Shown piece after piece: positions 17,615-24,574 of a stretch of 32,000 nt of DNA. The stretch comes from Crocosphaera sp. (GTDB lineage: Bacteria > Cyanobacteriota > Cyanobacteriia > Cyanobacteriales > Microcystaceae), in contig JASJEA010000003.1 of assembly GCA_030064935.1 (NCBI GenBank), positions 12,013 through 44,012 of the forward strand, written 5' to 3'. The notes under the pieces were generated by a model that worked only from the letters and a program-made list of their open reading frames with translations, was not told where the DNA came from and ran no database searches. The first letter of the stretch is position 1; each line of letters opens with the position of its first letter. A program made the position numbers and the translations under genes.

Positions 17615-18513
17615 ATTCCGTAACGGTTTCGGGACAAGCATTAGCACAATGGCGCAGTTGGGCTAAGCAGGCAGCCATAGCTGCTGATATCCCCGATGTT
17701 GAGGTAGACTGGCTGCTTCAAGCTATAATCCCCTTAGATAAGTTGTCTCTGCGTTTAGGGTTATTTCAAGAGCGATCGCAGATTTGTCTTCCCTATCCTT
17801 TATCAGAGTTAAGCCAATTATGGCAATGTCGCATTAAAGACAGAGTTCCTGTACAGTATCTAGTGGGAGCCACACCCTGGCGCAGATTTTCCTTGAAGGT
17901 TTCTCCCGATGTCTTGATTCCTCGCCCTGAAACGGAATTAATCATTGATTATGCTCTCAAAGCGGTCGAAAATTCCCCCAAACATTCTCTCATCTCAGGT
18001 AATTGGGTAGACCTCGGAACTGGTAGTGGAGCGATCGCCGTTGCTTTGGCCGATAGTTTACCTCAAGCCAGGATTCATGCAGTGGACAGTAGTGCAGTTG
18101 CTTTAACCATTGCCAAAGAAAATGCGCTCACCACAGGTTTTTCTTCTAGAATCGAGTTTTATCAAGGTTCCTGGTGGACTCCTCTCCATCATTTAAAGGG
18201 ACAAGTCAGTGCAATGCTCTCTAACCCTCCTTACATTCCCACTGCTTTACTATCTCAACTGCAACCAGAGGTAAAAGAACATGAACCAGTCTTGGCTTTA
18301 GATGGGGGGGATGATGGTTTAGAAGCCATTAGATATTTAATTGATACCTCCCCCGATTATCTGGTTTCTGGAGGGGTTTTTTTGATTGAAATGATGGCTG
18401 ATCAGGGAAAACAGGTATCACTCTTGTTAGAGGACTCGCCACACTATCATTGCATTGAGATTTTATCAGATTTAGCTGGACTTGACAGGTTTGCCTTAGC
18501 CTATCGTTGTTAA
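17611..18513 (+). CDS. prmC: Release-factor glutamine N5-methyltransferase
   Basis: SAM-binding motif VDLGTGSGAIAVALA, catalytic NPPY (LSNPPYIP) and EPxxALDGG (HEPVLALDGGDDGL). Length is 300 aa. Confidence 0.9.
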   Translation: MNSVTVSGQALAQWRSWAKQAAIAADIPDVEVDWLLQAIIPLDKLSLRLGLFQERSQICLPYPLSELSQLWQCRIKDRVPVQYLVGATPWRRFSLKVSPDVLIPRPETELIIDYALKAVENSPKHSLISGNWVDLGTGSGAIAVALADSLPQARIHAVDSSAVALTIAKENALTTGFSSRIEFYQGSWWTPLHHLKGQVSAMLSNPPYIPTALLSQLQPEVKEHEPVLALDGGDDGLEAIRYLIDTSPDYLVSGGVFLIEMMADQGKQVSLLLEDSPHYHCIEILSDLAGLDRFALAYRC

Positions 18514-18615
18514 AGTCAGATATTGCACCTGCATCATAAAGTATTGGTGAGGATAGGGTGTAAGGTTTAGCACAACAACTCTCTTTGATGAGAATTACTT
18601 CTATCAATATTCCAA

Positions 18616-18876
18616 CTAATCATCCCCTAATATTTCAGAACCCGACTCATCGATTGCTTTAATTGATTCCAAGTCTCTCCACAATGACTCCACTTTAAAG
18701 TACGTTTCCTGTAGAGGTAATTTGCCTCCTGAGTATAAATTCGCAATAAATCCAACTTTTTGAGCAAATTCTTGTAATTTAGCATGAAAAATCACTGCCT
18801 CATCAGTTACAGAGCCATGATAAGAAGAAACAGGATAAAGAAAATTGTCTTTGACATTCTGTAATTCGCTGTCCAT
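18616..18876 (-). CDS. Small conserved cyanobacterial protein of unknown function
   Basis: 86-aa ORF. The pattern FLYPVSSYHG...LQEFAQKVGFI...GGKL...LW resembles a short protein family I recall as widespread in cyanobacteria. Its function is unknown. Confidence 0.55.
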   Translation of the reverse strand: MDSELQNVKDNFLYPVSSYHGSVTDEAVIFHAKLQEFAQKVGFIANLYSGGKLPLQETYFKVESLWRDLESIKAIDESGSEILGDD

Positions 18877-19552
18877 AACTACTCTCCTATTAAGAATTAT
18901 TATTAAAGCTTTATTGTATAAGATTTTTTTTTAATTTACATTTAACTTTAAGTTAATCTTAACTTGACATTTTTTATATTACAACAAAAACATTACCCCT
19001 ACGCATTATATATTACGACTATGCTAGAGATATGAAAGGAATTATTGAATTAAAACAAAAAATGGACTATTTTTGCTTATATTAGAGCAAAATAAACCTA
19101 ATTTTCCACTCAAATCAATTTTATTATCCCTTGAAGAATTAGAGTTTGAAGTAATAAAAGAGTAAACATTAACAAATTCTTAAGAAAAAAACTTATGTAT
19201 ACTCACATCTTGCACCTGATGTTGAAACCCCGATTTTTAGCAAAATGGCAACGAAATATTAGTATTATTGTTAGCTTTTCTGACAGGCTAAATCATATTT
19301 TATGTCTTCTAAATCGTTAGACTAGACTGTACAGTATGATTGTTTAGTCTAAACTCCAGTAATAAGAGAGTAGATTGATTTTGTCTCATTTTTATTTGAA
19401 GTAACTATAAGTATTCTTCTTTTTAGCTTTTTTATCTGAACTTTTTCGTTTTACTAATAAAAACCAACTATAATGGTTTTTGAATTGACCTTTTTTTATT
19501 AATTTCTAGTCTCTCCACTAAAATCAGTATCATGTTTACCGATGAGTATTTA

Positions 19553-19590
19553 AGGAAATGTAACTGTTACCATTTCCTGACTTTTATTTT
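19553..19590 (+). terminator. Palindrome plus T-run: terminator-like hairpin in the ORF-free region upstream of the kinase genes
   Basis: aggaaatgtaac t gttaccatttcct (19553-19577) forms a perfect 12-bp stem. It is followed by gacttttatttt. Confidence 0.5.
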
Positions 19591-19773
19591 GCTGAGTTTA
19601 TCATCATTAACCTCAACTGTTTCTGTTGCCTTCCGCCAAGAGGTTACGATGCGAGGCTTCTCGGCGTTAAACTAACCATATTCGATAAAGTTCATAAAAT
19701 TCATGTCTTTTGACATAAGTTCATTCAAGGCTTTTATAATATCAATATCAAATAAGCGTTTCAGCCATACCTG

Positions 19774-20955
19774 ATGAAAGAAATGATTCAAACAGTAAAC
19801 AGTCTCCAGTCTCCAGTCTCCAGGCTTATGATGCGCAACTCAGAGCCAAACAAAAATACGACTGAAATGACTGAAGTTGAACAAGTTTGGGAATTTTTGG
19901 AGCCATTATTTTTCAAAAGAGGAATTAGCTTGAATCCCCTTCAAAAAGAGATTATAAGATGTAGTTGGAATAACGAAATATATGATTCTCTTGAAGGCCT
20001 AGGATTTTCAGTCGGCTTTATCAAAAGGATTGTAGCTCCTGCTCTTTGGAAAAGTATAACGAGGGTTTTAAGAGAAGAGAAATTAATTAAAAATAATGAT
20101 AAAGTACAAAAAAAGAATTTTAAACTTGTCATAGAGCCAATTATAAAATATGAAAAAAAGCAGGACTTTGTCGGATACACTATTGCCAATCGGTTTAAAA
20201 TTTTAAGCCTAAATAAACGAGGAGAATTTGGTAATACTTATATAGGAGAAGATTTAGAACTCAACAATCAACGATGTTTTATAAAGCAATTAAGATTTAA
20301 GTCAAATACAGACATTCAAAAAAATTTTCAAAGAGAAGCAGGAGCTTTATATCAATTAGGTTGGCATCGTCAAATACCCGGACTATTGGCTCATTTTGAA
20401 GATGAAACCGGGTTCTTTTTAGTTCATCAATTTATTTCAGGAACTCCCTTAAACAATCAACTCTCAGAACATGAAACAAGTAGCCCTTGGAATGAAACTA
20501 AAGTTATTGAGTTAATTGGGCAGGTTTTAACCGTTCTAGACTTCATCCATAAAAGAAACATTATCCATCGCGATATTAAACCATCAAACCTAATAATCAA
20601 GCCTGACGGAGAGATCGTAATCATCAATTTTGGCTCCGTAAAAAATCTTGATAAGAATAACAATGATCGTACTTTTAAAGGTACAAGAGGATATATGGCA
20701 CCGGAACAGATATATGGAATACCAACTCAAAGTAACGATTTATATTCCTTAGCCATGTTAGGAATACAAGCATTAACTGGATTACCTCCTCTTGATTTTA
20801 AGATTAATTATAAAAATGGGCAAATTATCTTGCCAAAACAAACGATCATTTCAAAGGAATTAAAAATGATTTTAGAGAAAATGGGACACTATGATTTTCA
20901 GCAGCGTTATCAATCAGTATCCGAAGTATTAAAAGACTTTAAAAAAATACTCTAA
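19774..20955 (+). CDS. Ser/Thr-kinase-like protein with N-terminal HTH-like module; DFG motif reads NFG
   Basis: Hanks kinase motifs are present: RCFIKQL (Lys), FQREAGAL (Glu), HRDIKPSN, GTRGYMAPE, DLYSLAMLGIQALTG. The Mg-binding motif reads INFGS. N-terminal residues ~32-120 form a separate module. The start is uncertain, with alternative ATGs at 19828 and 19867. Confidence 0.85.
   Translation: MKEMIQTVNSLQSPVSRLMMRNSEPNKNTTEMTEVEQVWEFLEPLFFKRGISLNPLQKEIIRCSWNNEIYDSLEGLGFSVGFIKRIVAPALWKSITRVLREEKLIKNNDKVQKKNFKLVIEPIIKYEKKQDFVGYTIANRFKILSLNKRGEFGNTYIGEDLELNNQRCFIKQLRFKSNTDIQKNFQREAGALYQLGWHRQIPGLLAHFEDETGFFLVHQFISGTPLNNQLSEHETSSPWNETKVIELIGQVLTVLDFIHKRNIIHRDIKPSNLIIKPDGEIVIINFGSVKNLDKNNNDRTFKGTRGYMAPEQIYGIPTQSNDLYSLAMLGIQALTGLPPLDFKINYKNGQIILPKQTIISKELKMILEKMGHYDFQQRYQSVSEVLKDFKKIL
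19801..19821 (+). repeat. Three tandem copies of the heptamer agtctcc
   Basis: Read directly: agtctcc agtctcc agtctcc. It lies between the first ATG (19774) and the alternative ATGs of the kinase-like ORF. Confidence 0.9.
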
Positions 20956-21007
20956 TTATCTCTTTTGCCCCTAGTAATTTTGAATTTCCGCTAACAGGAG
21001 AAATACC

Positions 21008-23443
21008 ATGGAAAATCTCAATAAAAAAGAAGTCTTTGAATTAAAGACAGTAGAGATTGTCGATGACAATAGAAACTTAATTTCAACCCTAGATCCAGTA
21101 GAGATTATCGATAACAATAGAAGTTTAATTTCAAATCTAGATCCGGGAGAAATTATGGATAATCGTTATGAAATTCTTGGACTTTTAGGAGACGGCAGTT
21201 TTGGGGCAGTTTATAAAGCTAAAGATAGAGAAAGGGACAATGAAACCGTCGTAATTAAGCGACTAAAAATCGAACTTCTTTCACCAGAATATGTTAAGGA
21301 AGCAAAAAGACTTTTTAGAAGAGAAGCTCAAACACTTGGGAGATTAAACGAATGTAATGGGATGACTCCTAGATTACTAGAAGATGTCGTCGAAAGTAAT
21401 CATTCTTATTTAGTTATGGAACATATAGAGGGAGAAACCTTAGACAAACAAGAGTTCAAAACAGGACATAAACTTGAGGAGTCTGATGTTATTCAAACTC
21501 TCAAAGAATTATTAGAAATTCTTAAATGTATTCATAAAAAAGGTTTTGTCCATCGTGACATAAAACCTAATAATATTATCAGGAGAGAAAGTAACAATAA
21601 ACTCACTTTAATTGACTTCGGTGGTGTCACAAAAGATTTAAACCTCAAAGAGTGTAAAACAAAACAAGTTCCCACGAGAATAGGAAATATTTACAGCGCA
21701 CCTGAACAATGGAGAGGAAAAGCATATCCAAGCAGTGATATATATGCCCTAGGAATGATGGTTATACAAGGATTAACAGGTCAAGACCCTAACAAATATA
21801 GAGATGACAATACACACGAAATACTGTTAGATTCAATGCCGTCACAGGTGTCAGTATCTGAATCTTTTAAAAAAGTGATCCAAAGAATGACATTTGAATC
21901 ACCTGACAAACGCTATCAGTCAGCAACAGAAGTATTAAGTGAAGTAAAAAAGATTCAAAATCTTAATAACGAGAACGATAAATTTATGTCTAGAAACCAT
22001 TTTTTATGGGGGTTAGGGTTAGGATTAGGGTTGGGATTAGGGTTGGGGTTTTGCTTAGGAAATATTGAATTAAAAGGGAATTTATTTACCCTAGTAAATA
22101 GGAGTTATCCATTCTGCTCAGAGTTAATAAAGTCAGACGATAATATTAGTTGTGGAGACAAATTTCTATCAGGCGTAGCGAACTCAAAATCGGAAGTAAG
22201 TAAATTTGAAAAAAAGCGTGCAGTTGAAGCATTTAAGAAAGGAGAGATAGGCAAAGGGATTGAAGCATTAGAAAAATCACTCAAACAAGCTCCCAATGAT
22301 CCAGAAGCATTAATTTACCTTAATAACTATCGATTAGTCTATGAGAAGAAGGATTACTATACTATTGCCGTAGCTGTGCCTTTGGGTAGGGATTCCATAG
22401 GAGGTAATGTAGGACAAGAAATGTTACGAGGAGTAGCACAATATCAAGACGAAGTTAATAAGAATGAATCTCTCAATTTTGGGCTACAAGTTATTATTGT
22501 TAATGATGAAAACAATCCCCAAACAGCATCAAAAAAAGCTTATAAATTGGGTCAAGAAAATAATATTTTAGGGGTCATTGGTCATTATACCACTGAAAGC
22601 ACCTTAGATGCTTTGGAAGTATATAGAAAACATAAATTAGTCTTAATTTCTCCTACTAGCACAGGGATGAAGCTTTCTGATCATAGTCCCTATTTCTTTC
22701 GAGTTACTCCTAATACACACGACTATGCACAGAAATTATCTCAATATTTGGGGATAGAGACATCTATAAAAAGCGTAGCAGTGTTCTATAATCCTGATAG
22801 TGAGTATAGTAAATCTTTACGTAACCAATTTAGAATTCATTTTGATAATCAACAGGGCGATGTAGTTGAAGAGTTCGATTTATCCGATGCAAAATTTAAT
22901 GCAGCCTCAAGTATAAAACGAGCAAAAGAAAAAGGAGCAAAAGCTTTTGCTATTTTCCCTGATGGGAAGATAGATGATGACACTTTTAATAACAGCTTAA
23001 ATGTGATTAAAGAAAATAAAAATCAATATCCTATTATTGCGGGCAATGCACTTTATAGTCAAAAAATATTAAATCTAGGAAAATTATCTGAAGGATTAAT
23101 GATGGCGGTGTCTTGGCATAAAACCAATGAGTATAATCCTCGTTTCCCGGAACGCGCTCACAAACGTTGGAAAGCCGATGTCAATTGGAGAAGTGCCAAC
23201 AGTTATGATGCAGCTAAAACTTTATTTAAAGCTTTACAAGACAAACTAAATATGATGCGTGATCATGATTTACAAAAAACCGAAATCGTTGAAGTTTTAA
23301 GGCATCCTAACTTCGGTTTAGACGGAGCAACCGGATATATTCAATTTGACAATAAAGGAGATCGCAAAAACTCTAGCATTCAATTGATAACAGTCGTTAA
23401 AGATTCAATTGATGACAATTATCGTTTTGTTCCCATTAAATAA
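21008..23443 (+). CDS. Receptor Ser/Thr protein kinase: cytoplasmic kinase, one TM helix, extracytoplasmic type-1 periplasmic-binding-protein (LivK/ANF-receptor-like) domain
   Basis: The kinase motifs are intact: GDGSFGAVY, VVIKRLK, HRDIKPNN, IDFGG, YSAPE, DIYALGMMVIQGLTG. The TM segment is WGLGLGLGLGLGLGFCLG. The C-terminal ~370 aa carry PBP1 motifs: YTIAVAVPL, GVIGHYTTESTLDALEVY, VLISPTSTG, YFFRVTPN, VAVFYNPDSEYS. Confidence 0.9.
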   Translation: MENLNKKEVFELKTVEIVDDNRNLISTLDPVEIIDNNRSLISNLDPGEIMDNRYEILGLLGDGSFGAVYKAKDRERDNETVVIKRLKIELLSPEYVKEAKRLFRREAQTLGRLNECNGMTPRLLEDVVESNHSYLVMEHIEGETLDKQEFKTGHKLEESDVIQTLKELLEILKCIHKKGFVHRDIKPNNIIRRESNNKLTLIDFGGVTKDLNLKECKTKQVPTRIGNIYSAPEQWRGKAYPSSDIYALGMMVIQGLTGQDPNKYRDDNTHEILLDSMPSQVSVSESFKKVIQRMTFESPDKRYQSATEVLSEVKKIQNLNNENDKFMSRNHFLWGLGLGLGLGLGLGFCLGNIELKGNLFTLVNRSYPFCSELIKSDDNISCGDKFLSGVANSKSEVSKFEKKRAVEAFKKGEIGKGIEALEKSLKQAPNDPEALIYLNNYRLVYEKKDYYTIAVAVPLGRDSIGGNVGQEMLRGVAQYQDEVNKNESLNFGLQVIIVNDENNPQTASKKAYKLGQENNILGVIGHYTTESTLDALEVYRKHKLVLISPTSTGMKLSDHSPYFFRVTPNTHDYAQKLSQYLGIETSIKSVAVFYNPDSEYSKSLRNQFRIHFDNQQGDVVEEFDLSDAKFNAASSIKRAKEKGAKAFAIFPDGKIDDDTFNNSLNVIKENKNQYPIIAGNALYSQKILNLGKLSEGLMMAVSWHKTNEYNPRFPERAHKRWKADVNWRSANSYDAAKTLFKALQDKLNMMRDHDLQKTEIVEVLRHPNFGLDGATGYIQFDNKGDRKNSSIQLITVVKDSIDDNYRFVPIK
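21049..21144 (+). repeat. Two tandem 48-bp in-frame repeats (plus a partial third) at the 5' end of the receptor-kinase gene
   Basis: 21049-21096 (VEIVDDNRNLISTLDP) and 21097-21144 (VEIIDNNRSLISNLDP) differ at a few bases. The next codons (GEIMDNR) look like a degenerate third unit. Confidence 0.9.
22010..22051 (+). repeat. Hexanucleotide GGGTTA-type repeat encoding (Gly-Leu)6-Gly-Phe
   Basis: ggg tta ggg tta gga tta ggg ttg gga tta ggg ttg ggg ttt, read directly. It forms the core of the predicted TM helix. Confidence 0.9.
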
Positions 23444-23731
23444 TCGATTTCAAGGTTTCTGCTGAGTTTAGCAAAGGGCAGTTCGCTCATCAAGTCAAAA
23501 TTTAGACTTTTTCAATAAATATAGGTTTTATCAAATATTTATTTCTTTTTTTATTTTTTTGATACTTTTTGTTGGTATAATCACTTAATTCTAGACTTTT
23601 AATTAATTATCAATATTCGATTTATCTCTTTTTTTGGGCTAAAAATATATGATTTTTATGTATTTACAATTAACCCCCAATAATGGATTATAGAACTAAC
23701 AGATAATAGTTCATAAGCGAGGAAACTTATT

Positions 23732-24460
23732 ATGATTCAAGTTCAACATATAAGTCGAGTGCTCATCCCTCTAATCAGCACTATTGTTATCGGAAAAATT
23801 TTAAAAGCTCAACCCACCTTCGCCATTACATTTGAAGAGACAAATCAAGGTTCTTTATCATTTTATAATCAAGGGGAATCTATCGGTAATGGTTCCTTTG
23901 AATACACTTCAAATCCTATTACTGGAACTTTTTTGACTTTTCCTGATGATGCTATTTTTACCCAAGATCCTAATCAATTTAATGATAATTTTCCTATAGA
24001 TAGCTTTTCTATTAGTCTTGAGGATAATTTTCACTTAATCACTAATATACAAGCTCAAATATTAGGCTCTGAACTTAGTCCCATTTTTGACAATCAACTC
24101 ATTTCAGGGAATTCCTTTAACACAGCCCTATTGTTTAATCCTCTTGATTCAGAATTCTTTATTCCTAATTCGGATCAAATATTTAGTATTGGCATCGGAG
24201 ATGCCTTTAGTGGAACTTTATCAACCTTTGATGGATGGTTATTAACTGATAGTAATTCAGGAAATGCTGCCGATTTTCAAGTATTATTAAGTGATGATGG
24301 TCGTTTTTTTGGGTTTATTGTTGAATCTCCTGAATTTGGTGTTGGAGGTACTTGGACAGCACAAGCTGTTCCTGAACCCCTAACTACTTTGGGTGTGGGA
24401 ACTGCTATAGCTTTTGGAGCAGGATTTAAGCGTCATCTAGGAAAATCTAAAAAGAAATAA
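23732..24460 (+). CDS. PEP-CTERM sorting-domain secreted protein
   Basis: N-terminal signal peptide (ending AQPTFA). The C-terminus VPEPLTTLGVGTAIAFGAGFKRHLGKSKKK has the PEP motif, a hydrophobic helix and a basic tail. Confidence 0.8.
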   Translation: MIQVQHISRVLIPLISTIVIGKILKAQPTFAITFEETNQGSLSFYNQGESIGNGSFEYTSNPITGTFLTFPDDAIFTQDPNQFNDNFPIDSFSISLEDNFHLITNIQAQILGSELSPIFDNQLISGNSFNTALLFNPLDSEFFIPNSDQIFSIGIGDAFSGTLSTFDGWLLTDSNSGNAADFQVLLSDDGRFFGFIVESPEFGVGGTWTAQAVPEPLTTLGVGTAIAFGAGFKRHLGKSKKK

Positions 24461-24498
24461 ACTCCAGTGTTTTTATTACGCACTCGCTTTATATTTTG

Positions 24499-24545
24499 GT
24501 CGCCATTCATCCCTAATCTTCTAAAAGTTAGGCATGAATGGCGAC
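24499..24545. terminator. Long stem-loop between convergent genes (possible bidirectional terminator)
   Basis: gtcgccattcat (24499-24510) pairs with atgaatggcgac (24534-24545), and there is an inner cctaa/ttagg pair. It lies between the PEP-CTERM gene (+) and the MscS-like gene (-). Confidence 0.55.
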
Positions 24546-24574
24546 ATCAGGATAAATAAACCGCAAATTGTCAT

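Noticed and set aside
19532-19675. 47-codon + strand ORF (MFTDEYLRKCNCYHF...) in the ORF-free region.
   Set aside because: It runs straight through the 19553-19577 palindrome and T-run, which is better explained as an RNA structure. There are no supporting motifs.
19774-23443. Kinase pair as an anti-phage (Stk-type) defence system.
   Set aside because: No nuclease, NTPase, protease or other effector gene is adjacent. No mobile-element or defence-island neighbours are present. The receptor architecture points to environmental signalling.
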